DNA of 62,560 nucleotides, the filler included, from Basidiobolus meristosporus CBS 931.73 (lineage: Eukaryota; Fungi; Basidiobolomycota), in assembly GCA_002104905.1 (NCBI GenBank). It is 4 parts of 4 records of this genome, joined end to end, with 100 filler letters (N's around TTAATTAATTAA, not from the genome) between each part and the next. Parts side by side here need not be neighbours in the genome. Positions count along the whole stretch, not along the records: positions 20,064 to 38,891 come from MCFE01001046.1; positions 38,992 to 57,873 come from MCFE01001045.1; 2 more parts are not named here. One strand, given 5' to 3'. The translations under genes and the position numbers were made by a program. Positions 27,400 to 39,639 of this stretch are shown here, in pieces; position 1 is the stretch's first letter, and each line of letters starts with the position of its first letter. Under the pieces are notes generated by a model. The model was not told where the DNA came from and did not search any database. It saw only the letters and a program-made list of their open reading frames with translations.

Positions 27400-30300
27400 C
27401 ACACATTTCACTAACACTATTTCCCCTTTAGTTTAACCCACTTCACATATATGCCACCAAAGCATAACACAAAGTTATCTGGTTCCCAACCAAGCCCCAC
27501 TGCTGACAGCAGCAGAAGAATGGTTAGACAACAGCTTGCTTTGACATTCAGTGCATCAAGCAGGGTTAGAACCAATAAGGCCCTGTGTACAGTGTGGCCA
27601 CTGAAAGTAATAATGCAGGCTCCTGAGGCTCTCAGTCTATTAGGTAATTAGGAATCTCTGTGGAGCTGCAAGTGGACCACAATGCTGAGGCATATGAGAC
27701 TGTATCAAAAGCAGTACCTTTAGTTGAAGACCAGCAAGTGGCCATCATAATGTTACCACTACCCATATTAGCAATTTTGTTGTCACCACATACCAAAACA
27801 TTTTTTAAGTAACTAGGTGCAGTGGCTGATAGGATAGATAAAATGACCCAGAGAAATCTGAAAATAGCTCAGAGGCAGGACAAGCAGGTAAGAGGTATAG
27901 AGCAATCAATATCTCAGGTAGAGAAAGCAGTATTTTTGCTGCAAAGAAGGAACTCAAGTAGCTCAACCTCACACCCAAGTATTGAGCCATATCCTGTATG
28001 ACAGCAGAGGGACACTGCACAGTCTTTGAAGCACAACAACAGTGCCCAAGATAAAGCCTACAGAGAGAACTATTATGGCATGGGAGGGAGAAATGTAGTG
28101 CTAGTACCAAAGCTTAAAGATCTCAAGACACTGAAGATATGTGAAGCTGTTCAATGTAATGGTAAAGAGTGGACTAATATTCAAGAGGTAGTCAGAAGTC
28201 TAGCAAGCTAACAGTTCAAGGCCAGCATACTATGAGACCATAAGGAACTCAAGGCCATGCAGAATGTGCTTGACTTGCTCCATGAACATTATCCTGGACT
28301 AAAACAAGCATACCAATTTGGGTTGGCATTGGTATACTATGGAATTATCTTAAGAATTGCAGAAAGTGTCAAAGGCACAAGAGCAAGGGTGCAATTGCTA
28401 ATAACCAGTGGCTTCCACAAGAGCCTGCTACAAGAAGGGTCAAAAGCTCAAAACAAGCATCAATGAGATATCAGGTAGCCAGAGCAGTTCCATTAGGGCA
28501 AAGCAGGCAGACACAAATGCACCAGCTCAACAGCTACCAAGTAAAAGTGTAGTTCTACTCAAGAAGAACTCAGTTGAAGTGGTAGTGAAGGACCTGGCAG
28601 TGATAAAAACAGGCAGCAACTTCAGGTGCCAATCATAGCATGGCTAAGAGCTTGAAACAAGCAGAAAAGAAGCATCAGGTTGCCTTTGGAGTGCCAGTAA
28701 CAGACAAGCAGGCCAAAACAGATGCATCAGAGGAGATGTAGTGCAATACATGAAGAACTCACTCAAAGGAGCAGTGAAAGACCTGGCTTTGACTAACAAA
28801 TAGGTGAAGAGAAAAAGTCTGCCCAAGCTGTAGGCCAGAAAACATGACAAAAAAGGTGCAGTTCTTGCCAATTAATGCTCTAAGCCCAGAATAGACTGAT
28901 TTCCATCATAGCTAAGAAGATTTACCAATAAGAAGACAGCTGTATTCACAAAAGTTGGAAGCACAGCTGGTTGAGCTATGCTCTAGTGAGGTGGATGGGT
29001 TTTCAGAGAAAAGCTACTTGTCTACTACAGCCTCTATGTCCTTCATTGTCAATAGAGTGGATATCCCACTGACATACAAATTTGCAATGTCAAGAACTCA
29101 AAAGGTTATTGCAATGCCTGCAGAGGAGTTTTGGAACATTAATTGGCACACTGAGAGGTTGGTGACTTTTTCAAGAGTACTGCTTAGGTAAACTCACTTG
29201 AATATTGCAAGGATTTATTGCAAAACCTGGCAGATGAGAAGCTAGACCTTGTAGTAGCAGCTGAAGACCAGGTCACATGGGATCCAAGGAATAATTCTGG
29301 TAGTTCTACTCTGAAGTGTGTGTGTTGACCTGATATGTATTGACTCAATGCAGGGTGCTTTTGTGAGGGGTGCTGATATAGACAGGATTCACATGTGCAG
29401 GCATGCAACATTGCAGGGGATGGTAAGGGATCCAGCATGGTGTGCTGGCACTGTCCAGACTCAGTTGCTTGCGGTCTGTATTCTTTCTCTTGAAACTCAC
29501 CTTTGAATTCCTCATTGTACTGACTTACCCTCTGTCTGATACTTTGGAAGTGTTACTTTAATAAGTACTGTATGCATTGCTCTCTGAAGTTGCTTGGCTC
29601 TACTCATATATCACATGGTGCATTAGTCATTTCAGGCAAAGACTCATTCAAAATATCTTTAATTCCCAAAGTTGTGGCACAAATAGATGCATCTGGCATA
29701 TATTGTGTATATTGCTCATGGAATTGTTTGTGGGCAGCTTCACCATCATATTCCCCCACTCTCAGCTCATTCTTGATATCAATACCTGTCTTGTTAAATA
29801 TCTTATTACATGTATCTGCTAATATCTTGATGTAGAACTCATGACACAGCTTTCTCCTCCAATTCTTCCAGTTCTGTCAGCTCTATGAGGTATCCAGCTC
29901 TGCTAGCTCAATGAGTAGTGCCCTTATATCTGTATTAAGGCTCATCATAGATACTTGAGCAATACTAAAATCTATTGGCAAGGACATGAATGGATCCAAC
30001 ATTCACTTTCTTAGTATGGACCTTGCTTGTGAGCTGGGGGATGGGTTTTGTTTAGGTTGTACTAAAGATGGGTTAGGATTTGTTATAGGGACCAAAGTGA
30101 TGGATTTTGATACCTATATAATAGTATATTGGTATCAAACTTGTCCTGTATCAAGTGTATGTGCAAACTGATGTAATTGTTGAATTTCCATATGTTATGC
30201 ATGATGCAACTTGGATTGCATTGACACAGATGAGATTGCATCAATTGGAGATTTCCTATTTGATTATTGACTAGTGAGTAAGTCATGAATAAAGCCACCA

Positions 30301-30720
30301 TGTCACTGTTTGAGGAAGATTTTTACAACATAATGATGGGATACATGGTAATTGATGGAGGCTTAATTATAATGCATGGAAAATCAGATAAACTAAGCTG
30401 ATGGTGCTAAATAATTCATATCACCTTTACTGGATTATGTACCAGCATTGAGATGACTAACTCATCTGAATGGTCATTTCTCATTGTTCTTATCACTAAC
30501 ACTGAATTTCTTTCAAATGAATGACTCAGTGAAAGCTTGGAACACTAGGCTTAAAAGCTCAATATACTTCCATATCCCAGACTGTTCAGCAGCAGATTCC
30601 ATATCAGGAGCATTTTGGATACCGTCCCACTCAGGATTAAAAGATATTGTAGAGGGCAGAGACTCTGTTATTCTGGCAAATACAAGCCACACCGTGTGAA
30701 GATTCAAGCACTGCCTGACA
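27400..30720. mobile_element. Decayed retroelement-derived sequence of other families
   Basis: CpG-free, short broken ORFs, integrase zinc-finger-like remnant (QYARCIYLCHNFG) on the minus strand near 29.7 kb. Confidence 0.35.
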
Positions 30721-30727
30721 TTGAGGG

Positions 30728-31096
30728 TGTTACAAGTCTTGATATAAGTGTTGTAGAGAAAATGTGAGTTTAGCTAGTATTGTATTCACTAAAACTTGAA
30801 CTGATTTTTATAGAGGTTCCAGCAGCTGCTTATATACATTTTGCCAGATCAATTGCTGACTTAATGTATTTCTTAATGTAGGCTGTGGCTGATGACTCAT
30901 TTGATTGCATCATCATCACCCAATAAGATCCTTCTTAATATATCTATTCCTGTTTGATAAGGATCTGCTGATTCATCTGCTGAGTAATGCTACTGATTTG
31001 ATATATACACCTGATAAACTGATAAGCTAAACATACAACTAATTGATTTGACTAAATACTGATCTAACTTAAACATTCAAGCGGTAGATCATAACA
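30728..31096 (-). mobile_element. Gypsy solo LTR with apparent 4-bp TSD AGGG
   Basis: Homologous to 34388-34747; TGTTA...TAACA ends; AGGG on both flanks. Confidence 0.88.
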
Positions 31097-31649
31097 AGGG
31101 TAACATCATCTCATTTAGTGGGCCATTTACCAGAAGTAGGCATGACAAAGCACTCCAGGTAGAGCATCATACAGAACTCAGTAAAGGGGAGAAATGTATG
31201 GCAAACTTAGCTTACATAGGAGAGGATTGCCAGAGATTAGGATATATGACTGCTCTTAGGAAGCCAAGGAATGAAGTGTGTAGCAGCAAGCAGAAGATCT
31301 ACAATGAAATGCTTACTCATTTCATAGTGATAGTAGAGCATGAATTTGAATATCTAAGGAAATTCAGCTTATTAGCAGGTAAATAAAAAGAAATGTCATT
31401 TATAGGAGAATACAGCAGAGTAGGTAATATAGTTGAGATATTTATCAATGCACAGTATATTGATAAAAGAAGACACTCACTGAGAGAAATGTGTTGGAAG
31501 TATTAAGAATGGTAATTAAAACAAGATAAGCACTGTTCTGAGCAACATAAGTAAGATTGAGTAAATATATCAGTAACTGTATCTAACCACTGGTATAATG
31601 GTAGAAGCTTGAGTTACAAATAGTACCATAGAGTGCCAGGTTGATCAGT

Positions 31650-33290
31650 CACTATAAACAGGCTGGCATTATGTGGTACCATCTAACCAAAAAAGGTCTG
31701 GTAACTCCAGTTGTTCTAGGGTGATATGCAGAGGTCTCTAATGTATGATCTGCTGCATTTCCAGGTAAGCTTCTTATATCTTTGTGATGACGTTTACTTC
31801 TCTAATTAGTAAAATATCTACAGGGCTTCCAAACTTCACAAGAATTTCCTAGTAGATGAAACTTGCAGCTCTATGTTCACTGGCTACAGGTATAGCTTTA
31901 GTCACTAGCCATTCAGTGACAAGGACAATTGTTACTAAGATCAAATAATTTCACTTCATGAAGGTTGGCAGTCTTCAAATAAGGTCAATTCCCCATTTCT
32001 CAGGTGGTCTTGGAGGCTCCAAGGAAAGAGTTTAGCAATTTTCTGTAGCTGGCCTTGGTTGAATTGGCAATTGGGGCATGTTTTCACTAGCTTCTCCATA
32101 TTTTTTTTCATTTTGGCCACTATGCTCAGGCTTCCACAAGGCTATAGGTTCTGATAACACCTATATGTCCATATCCATAGTGTAACATATATGCTAAATC
32201 CAGGCAAACAACATAAGGGCAATAAACAATAGGCCTACCATCAACAAATTGGTATTGTGCTTCACCCTGTATTTTGAATTTGCTGGCTTCATCCTGGATC
32301 ATCTTCTTGATCTTGTCATTGACCTCACTGGAATGGCTTGGTCCCTCAACTACTCTGGTTATAAGCTAGGCCAATCTGATTCATGCACAAAGCTGAGTTG
32401 TGCAACTTGTTCTAGTCTTGACAGGCTTTAGCATCCATGTTATTACTCCCTGGGCGGTAGAAAATCTCCAAATCAAATTGCACAATGTATTCACTCCATC
32501 TTGTCATTCTTCTGGATTGCATCTTCTGAGTAACTAAATACTCATGCACCAGATGGTTTAGTTCTGCTGAGTTCAGCTTCTAGAATTCAAATGCAATTGG
32601 GCAGTCCTTTTGCTCATGTTCTTGGCTCAGTACTCCACTAATTGCAAAATTTAAAGCATCTGTGCACAGAATAAACTCTTTTCAGAAGTCAGGTATTCTT
32701 AAGCTTGGGAGCTTGACAAGTTCATTCTTTATTGTCTGAAATGCAGTCTCATAGTCTATATCCCACTCTAAGGTGTTGTCTTTCTTGAGTATATCCATCA
32801 AAGGGGCTGTAATACTTGCAAAGTACCTGACAGATTTCTGGTACTAGGATAATAACAATTCCAAGGAAGGATCTGAGTTCTCATATACATGGTGACTGCT
32901 TCAGACTCTTGATGACTTCAACTTTCTTGGGGTCTGAGGTCCCTCCTGCACTAGTCACTATATGTCCAAGTTATTCAATGTGTTCCTTCAAGAGTTCACT
33001 CTTTGCTGGCTTGCTATATTGCTTGTCTCTATTAGCTACTTTCAGACCTTTTAAATGTGCACCAAGTGGTCTGCTTATGACTTCCTGTATATCAGTAAGT
33101 ATATATGTAGATACCACAGACCTGTCTAAGTATTTCTGGAAGATGATTTAAATCAAGGTAATAAATGTGCCAGGGCATTGGTGAGCCAAAAACACATGAC
33201 TAATTACCTGCAATATGTATATCTGGTCCTGAATGCTGTCTAAGGGATGTCTTCTGGTTTCACCCTAATCTGGTTGTATTAAAAAAGTAA
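31650..33290 (-). mobile_element. Decayed gypsy pol fragment (RT-RH-IN)
   Basis: Collinear nucleotide similarity to 35.3-36.8 kb; no long ORF. Confidence 0.75.
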
Positions 33291-33639
33291 GCTTACAACA
33301 GCTAAATGACACCAAATGGTTCAATATTTCAACACTTCCCTTCAATTAAATAAATTTTCAATCCTAATTCCTCTTGGAGAATCTGAAATTGCAGCCTAGG
33401 TAGTGGTTTTGTCAATGTATCTGACACCATTTTGTTAGTTGGACAGCAAAGTGACTGTATTAACTTATTTATTACAGCTCACCTCAAAAGTTACTGTTGT
33501 TTATCTAGGTGCTTGGTTCTGGCATGATAAGTAGAATTCCAAGCTAATGATATACAGCTTTGATTATCCTTCTAACTACATGTTAGTTCATCTCAACTAG
33601 AACCCAAGCTGTTAAGTAATTATTGTAGCCATTAAGCCT

Positions 33640-34060
33640 CCCTACTTACTTGACAAGCAGTCACACATTGAGCTTCAGCTGAAAATAGGGCCACAGTTAG
33701 TTGTTTCTTTTGATTCTAAGTAATAGCTGCACCAACATGCAGAAATACATATCTAGTGGTAGAGTGTCTGTCAATCAGATGCCTATCCCAATCTGAGCTA
33801 CAATAACCATCAAGATCTTGCCTATTAGCTGCTCCAGAGTATTCCAGTACTATAATAATAGTATCATGTAGATATCTGAAAATCTGCTTAACTGCGGTGA
33901 TTTGATCTGATCCAAAAATTTGCATGAAGAGACTGACCATCCCAGCTGCAACTGCAATATCTGGACTTGTAGACACTGTTAAGTACAACAGGCTACTAAA
34001 TATTGATTGATATGGAAAGGTTTGGACCATATTTGAGCCTTCTTGACCCAAAACTGGTTG
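33640..34060 (-). mobile_element. Copia RT/RNase H fragment from a different family
   Basis: PYQSIFSSLLYL..PDIAVAAG and LDGYCSSDWD..RHSTTRYVF..GAAIT. Confidence 0.75.
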
Positions 34061-34757
34061 TTATTTGCTCAACTTCTTTATTCTTCACCTGCATAGCACT
34101 TTGTCACATAGTAGCATTTGGACTTTGCATTGCCTGTTCCAGATTCTGAGGTTTGACACATGAGGCAAGATATGCTTCTTCATGCTCATTGGATGCCTGT
34201 CTCCAGGATCCAGGGGCATTTCCAATTCTGGTAGATATCCCAACCGGGATTATCTGCTCCAATATGAGACTGGTAGAAACATCTTCCTTATCTGGCTGAT
34301 TAGGTGCATATTGAATTCATGAGTGTTGATTTCATAATAAGGCAGCTCCATAAGCATGGTACCTTGTATATATCCAAAAGTTTACTTTGTTACAAGTCTT
34401 GGTATAAGAGTTGTAGAGGAATAGGGAGTTTAGCTAGTATTGAATTCACTAAAACTTGAACTGATTTTTATTGAGGTTCCAGCAGCTCCTTATATACATT
34501 TTACCAGATCAATTGCTGACTAATTGTATTTCCAAATGTAGGTTGTGGCTGATGACTCATTTTATTGCATCATCATAACCCAATAAGATCCTACTTAATA
34601 TATCTATTTCTGTCTGATAAGGATCTGCTGATTCATTTGCTGACTAATGCTACTGATTTCATAGATAATACTGATAACCTAAACATATACTAATTGATAT
34701 GACTAAAAACTGCTCTAACTTGAACATTGAAGCGGCAGATCATAACATTCTCCCCTA

Positions 34758-35669
34758 CTAAAGTTGAGAGGGTTCTCCTGAATCTCTTTTCTTGTGATAC
34801 CAATATCTTGATGGTTCAGTATTTTCAGCAAGTCTTGCAAGCTTGAGTCTGTCCCTATGCACCAAGTCTTCCCGGATATTGCCTTGTTTGTCCACCAGTT
34901 GGTAAGTTGCTAATGGACATTCTGTGATGATCTTGAATGGTCCTGTCCATTGTGGCTCAAACTTCTTCCAAGTGTTGTTTCTTAGCAATACAAAGTTCCC
35001 TACTGTCAATGCTTCTGGTGCTATAGTCTTATCAAATCTCTGCTTCATCTTTTCTGCACTTTGAGATACTTTGGTCTGTGCCTCTTGACCTCTTTGTTCC
35101 AGTTGCTGGTGTCTACTTGGCTGACTGAGTTCATCTTCTAAGGCGTCTGTAAGCTTTGGTTGTGTAAGATCTCCTGGAATCCTTGGTTCACATCCATACA
35201 CTAAGTAAAATGGTGATTGCTGGGTGGTGTTGTGTACTCTGACTCTGCATGCAAAGAGTGCTTGGTCTATATACTCATCCCATCTACTGACAACTCCATT
35301 TGCATACTTGGTCAGCATTTTTCCAAATAATCCATTAAACCACTCAGTGACTCCATTAGTGCTGGGGTGATATGCCAAGGTTTTCAGGTGTCTGATCTGC
35401 TGCATTTCCAGGTAAGCCTCTAATGTCTTCCCCATAAAGTTTGCTCCTCTATTGGATAAGATCTCCACAGGGCATCCAAACTTCATCAGGATCTCATGGT
35501 AAATGAAACTTGCAACTTCTTGTTCACTGGCTATTGGTACAGCTTTAGCAACTGGCCATTTAGTGGCATGTTCAATTGCTACTAGGATCCAACGGTTGCA
35601 TTTCCTGGTAGTTAGCAGTCTTCCAATAAAGTCAATTCCCCATCTCTCAAATGGTCTTACAGGCTCCAA
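34758..35669 (-). CDS. Gypsy integrase core
   Basis: PFERWGIDFIG, YHPSTNGVTE, FEPQWTGPFKI. Confidence 0.9.
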   Translation of the reverse strand: MEPVRPFERWGIDFIGRLLTTRKCNRWILVAIEHATKWPVAKAVPIASEQEVASFIYHEILMKFGCPVEILSNRGANFMGKTLEAYLEMQQIRHLKTLAYHPSTNGVTEWFNGLFGKMLTKYANGVVSRWDEYIDQALFACRVRVHNTTQQSPFYLVYGCEPRIPGDLTQPKLTDALEDELSQPSRHQQLEQRGQEAQTKVSQSAEKMKQRFDKTIAPEALTVGNFVLLRNNTWKKFEPQWTGPFKIITECPLATYQLVDKQGNIREDLVHRDRLKLARLAENTEPSRYWYHKKRDSGEPSQL

Positions 35670-35696
35670 AGGGAAGAGTTCGGCAATTCTTTGTGG

Positions 35697-36701
35697 CTAG
35701 CCTTGATTGACTTGGCAGATTGGGCATGTTTTCATTAGCTTCTCAATATCTTGTTTCATTCTGGGCCACCATGCTCTGGCTTTCACAAGGCTATAGGTTC
35801 CTTCAATCCCAGGATGTCCATATCCATTGTGAAGCTTATGTATTAAATCCAGGCAAGCAACATAAGGATGATAGGCAATAGGGCTTCCATCAACAATTTG
35901 GTAGAGTGTTTCAACCTGTACAACAAATTTGCTGGCTTCATCACAGATTATCTTCTTGATATCTTCATCCACCTCATTAGGAGTGGCTTGGTCCTCCAAG
36001 TACTTTGGTAATAGGCTAGGCCAATCTAATTCATGCACCAAGTTGAGTTGTGCAACTTGATCTAATCTTGATAAGGCATCAGCAACCGTGTTGTTTTTTC
36101 CAGGACAGTAGACAGTCTCCAGGTCAAATTGCTGAATGTATTCACTCCATCTTGTCATTCTTCTAGAGAGTACCTTCTGAGTAAATATATACTTGAGGGA
36201 GGCATGATCAGTCTTCACAGTGCCTTTGACTCCTTCAATATAGCATCTCCATGTCTTCAAACAGTGTATTATAGCAAGCATCTCCTTCTCATGGACTGGA
36301 TAGTTTTGTTCTGCTGAGTTCAGTTTCTTGGATTCAAAGGCAACAGGGTAGTCCTTTCCCTTATGTTCTTGGCTCAGCACTCCACCAATTGCATAATCTG
36401 AAGCATCTGTGCACAGAGTGAACTCTTTTCTGAAGTCTGGTATTCTTAAGCTTGGTAGCTTAGCAAGTTCATTCTTGAGCGTCTGGAAGGCAGTCTCACA
36501 ATCTATGTCCCACTTGTAGGTATTGTCTTTCTTGAGGATATCAGTTAAAGGGGCTGCAATACTTGCAAACAACTTGACAAATCTCTGATAATAGGAAACC
36601 ATTCCAAGGAATGATCTGAGCTCTGATATGCTATGGAGCTGTTTCAGATTCTTGATTACTTCCACCTTCTTTGGGTCTAAGGTTACTCCTGTGCTAGTCA
36701 C
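35697..36701 (-). CDS. Gypsy RT thumb/RNase H plus integrase zinc-binding region
   Basis: LCTDASDYAIGGVLSQ, PVAFESKKL, ADALSR, WWPRMKQDIEKLMKTCPICQ. Confidence 0.88.
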   Translation of the reverse strand: MTSTGVTLDPKKVEVIKNLKQLHSISELRSFLGMVSYYQRFVKLFASIAAPLTDILKKDNTYKWDIDCETAFQTLKNELAKLPSLRIPDFRKEFTLCTDASDYAIGGVLSQEHKGKDYPVAFESKKLNSAEQNYPVHEKEMLAIIHCLKTWRCYIEGVKGTVKTDHASLKYIFTQKVLSRRMTRWSEYIQQFDLETVYCPGKNNTVADALSRLDQVAQLNLVHELDWPSLLPKYLEDQATPNEVDEDIKKIICDEASKFVVQVETLYQIVDGSPIAYHPYVACLDLIHKLHNGYGHPGIEGTYSLVKARAWWPRMKQDIEKLMKTCPICQVNQG

Positions 36702-36924
36702 TATGAGTCCCAGATATTAAACGTGCTCCTTGAAGAATTCACACTTGGCTAGCTTGCCATATAGCTTGTTCTCTCTTAGCTTCTCCAAGACCTTTTCAAT
36801 GTGCACCATATGATCCTATTCTGTCTTGCTGTATATCAATATGTCATCCAGGTAGATTATCACAAACTTGTCTAAGTACTCCTGAAAGACAGTCTGCATC
36901 AGCGTCATGAATGTTGCAGGGGCA

Positions 36925-37815
36925 TTAGTGAGGCAGGGCTCTGTAGTCAATGCACATCCTAAGTGTTCCATCCTTCTTTTTCACAAAAAGCACTGGTGCT
37001 CCCCAGGGTGACTTGCTGGGCCTGATGTATCCTTGCTCCAATAGCTGATCAATTTGTCTCTTCATTTCCTCCAATTCCAATGGACTCATTCTGTAACGTG
37101 TCTTGCTCACTGGAGGGCTATCTCCTGTGTCAATGGCATGATCCACATCTCTGACTAGTGGTAGGCTTACAAGCTCATCTGGGAACACGTCTGAATATTT
37201 CTTCAAGAGAGTCTGGACCTGCTGGGGTGTTGGGGTAGAGGAATCCTCCTGCAATACTGCCATGAGGAACATCACAGTACCTTTTCTAAGTGCTCTACAG
37301 AACTGGGTGTTGCTAAGTTCACTTGTCTCACACACACTGGAATTGACCAAGTTGAAATCCAGCCTTGCAGGTAATAGCTCATAGGTCTTGTTGTCTTTTT
37401 GGATCTGAGTAGCATGGGTTCTCCAGTTGATTGATGGATTACAACAAAATAGCCAGGCTTTTCCAAGTACAAGGTCAAACTTGCAGTTCCCAAATATATA
37501 AGCCCATAGGTCTTCTTCATAGTCATTGATCTTCATTCTTACTGGCTGGGTAATACGGTTGATTATGTGGGAGTTCCCATCAGCTGTGGAGACTGAAGTT
37601 GATTTGGTAGGTTCTGAGTTGATTCCAGCTTTCAAAGCAAATTGCTCTGACATGAACTCATGCGATGCTCCTGAGTCAATCATGATCTTGGCAGGTACTC
37701 CATTGATTACTCCATTCAAGTATAATAGCTTTCCTGAGTTTGAGGTCATCTGGGATAGGTATTCTTCTGTCATGTGGAAGGTGAGTTCTGAGTCTTCTTC
37801 AAGCTCATCTTCCAC
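36925..37815 (-). CDS. Gypsy protease plus RT N-terminus (truncated)
   Basis: [11 protein letters not shown]; [28 protein letters not shown]. Confidence 0.88.
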   Translation of the reverse strand: MEDELEEDSELTFHMTEEYLSQMTSNSGKLLYLNGVINGVPAKIMIDSGASHEFMSEQFALKAGINSEPTKSTSVSTADGNSHIINRITQPVRMKINDYEEDLWAYIFGNCKFDLVLGKAWLFCCNPSINWRTHATQIQKDNKTYELLPARLDFNLVNSSVCETSELSNTQFCRALRKGTVMFLMAVLQEDSSTPTPQQVQTLLKKYSDVFPDELVSLPLVRDVDHAIDTGDSPPVSKTRYRMSPLELEEMKRQIDQLLEQGYIRPSKSPWGAPVLFVKKKDGTLRMCIDYRALPH

Positions 37816-37872
37816 ATTACTGTGCTCATGGGACTCAATATGGTTGAAGGTTCTTGTTGGCTGGTGTCCAAT

Positions 37873-38694
37873 TCATCTCTGAGGGCAGTACTTTGAAATA
37901 TGTCCCTGCTGGTGGCAATTGAAGCAAAGTCCTTTCTTCTTGCAATCTTCTGAGGAGGGAATCTTCTGCATAGCGTCTATTTCCATTGGTACTGCTTCTG
38001 ATTGTCTTCTTTCATAATAATTGTAGCCTTTCTGATTAGTCACTGTAGGCTTCCCAACTCCAAACATAGCTGAGTAATAGTCAATGGCAATCTTGATGGC
38101 TGCTTCAATAGTCTGAGGTCTTTGGTAATTCACTTCCTTGCAAGTTCTTTCTTTCAACCCATCAATAAAGTATTCAACTTGATCCAGGGGGTCCATTCTT
38201 TCAATTTGTCCAAGTAGACATCCGTATTCATAGATGTATTCTTGCACCATTCCTTTCTGTCTGAGTGTCTTTAACTTCCTTCTTAGTAGTGTCTGCTGGT
38301 GTGGAGGTTCAAAAGCATCCTGAATTTCCGGCACAAACTCATCCCAGGTAGAGATTGTAGAGCATCCCATCATAGTGGCTGACCTGATCTTGTTGTGGTA
38401 CCACTGTAAGGCTGCATCTGCCAGGTAAGAAGCTGCATAATGCAACTTGCTTTCTGGAGCAATTCCTTTGGCTTTAAAAGCTTCTTCAATCTGGAAGAGC
38501 CAAGTTCCCAGGTTTTCATTGACTCTGTCATGGTACCGGTTGACCTTCACACTAAAGTTGCTCTTGACAGGGCTTTGCTGGCTCTGAGCTATGATAGTCA
38601 TTCCTTGTTGCTGTTGGCTGAGGATCTGGAGTAACTGTTGCTGTTGGACCAGGATTTGCTGCATGGCATTCTTCCATTCCTGATTGTCCGGCAT
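37873..38694 (-). CDS. Gypsy Gag with CCHC zinc knuckle
   Basis: LGTWLFQIEEAF capsid-like region; CFNCHQQGHISKYC. Confidence 0.9.
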   Translation of the reverse strand: MPDNQEWKNAMQQILVQQQQLLQILSQQQQGMTIIAQSQQSPVKSNFSVKVNRYHDRVNENLGTWLFQIEEAFKAKGIAPESKLHYAASYLADAALQWYHNKIRSATMMGCSTISTWDEFVPEIQDAFEPPHQQTLLRRKLKTLRQKGMVQEYIYEYGCLLGQIERMDPLDQVEYFIDGLKERTCKEVNYQRPQTIEAAIKIAIDYYSAMFGVGKPTVTNQKGYNYYERRQSEAVPMEIDAMQKIPSSEDCKKKGLCFNCHQQGHISKYCPQR

Positions 38695-38891
38695 CTTGAG
38701 GGTGGTTTCTTCTTTCTTCAGCAGGGAGGTTTCTGGTTATTGCTGCTACCAATGTTACAAGTCTTGGTATAAGAGTTGTAGAGGAATAGGGAGTTTAGCT
38801 AGTATTGTACTCACTAAAACTTCAACTGATTTTTATTGAGGTTCCAGCAGCTCCTTATATTCATTTTGCCAGATCAATTGCTGACTAATTG

Positions 38892-38991
38892 NNNNNNNNN
38901 NNNNNNNNNNNNNNNNNNNNNNNNNNNNNNNNNNNTTAATTAATTAANNNNNNNNNNNNNNNNNNNNNNNNNNNNNNNNNNNNNNNNNNNN
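38892..38991. other. Assembly spacer 44N-TTAATTAATTAA-44N
   Basis: Artificial linker. Confidence 0.98.
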
Positions 38992-39459
38992 TGCCGCAAA
39001 CTGTATTGACACACTGATAAACTAATAGGAGTATACTGCTCAGTATGCAATCAACCTTTCTCAATATTGGGACTTTGGTGGCAACCAGAACGCTCATCAG
39101 CTTCACGAAGAAGTGACCCACTGAATATGCAGTCAATAAGCTGGCATTTCTAGATTTGATAAATGTGTTTGGAGCAGTAAGTTAGACGAGCCCGATGAGA
39201 GATTCTCTTGCGGAGTGAAAAACAGAGCATATGCTGTTAGACGATCCAGAAGCCATTTCCGGTATTGTAAAACCAGTCTGACCATATTGAGGGAATAGCG
39301 CCGGCGCTGCTTCGCAGAATAACCTGGCTACAAAAACCGGTTTAGATTTCCGGTAGAGGGCTCCGAGAAGTACAGCACGAAGTATATAAATGTCTCTTGT
39401 GCTGGTTAGCATTCAGTAGAGGACAGCTTTGATATTTGAGAGATCACTATCAAACAATC

Positions 39460-39639
39460 ATGAAATTCGCCAGCGTACTAGCTATTCTTGCCGCTGTTTC
39501 TGCGACAATTGACTGCTACCCATTGATCCTGGAGACTAGCGATTCAGCAGTGGACAAGAGGGATATGCATGACTTTTGTGGAGGCTGGTTCTGCGGTCAT
39601 ATTAAGCGGGAAAAGTCACCGATGCCAGCAGAACCTTAA
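39460..39639 (+). CDS. Peptide precursor, lineage A (MKF..DCYP), core DMHDFCGGWFCGHI, tail EKSPMPAEP, 59 aa
   Basis: True ATG 24 nt inside the track ORF; signal, KR-core-KR; TATATAAA at 39383. Confidence 0.9.
   Translation: MKFASVLAILAAVSATIDCYPLILETSDSAVDKRDMHDFCGGWFCGHIKREKSPMPAEP

Larger units (their letters stand above)
34388..38891 (-). mobile_element. Younger Ty3/gypsy element (3' LTR 34388-34747; 5' LTR 38753-38891 cut by gap), with internal RT deletion
   Basis: LTR TGTTA...TAACA; PPT next to 34748; PBS TGGTAGCAG at 38743-38751 (tRNAi-Met 3' end); gag, IDSGASH protease, RT/RH and WGIDFIG integrase ORFs. Confidence 0.96.

Noticed and set aside
39436-39459. Extended N-termini in the ORF track (MRDHYQTI, MRYFYRTI, 153-aa version at 44560)
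   Set aside because: Start from TTG/GTG; the ATG in the caatcATG or ataATG context gives a uniform 19-aa signal peptide downstream of the TATA box
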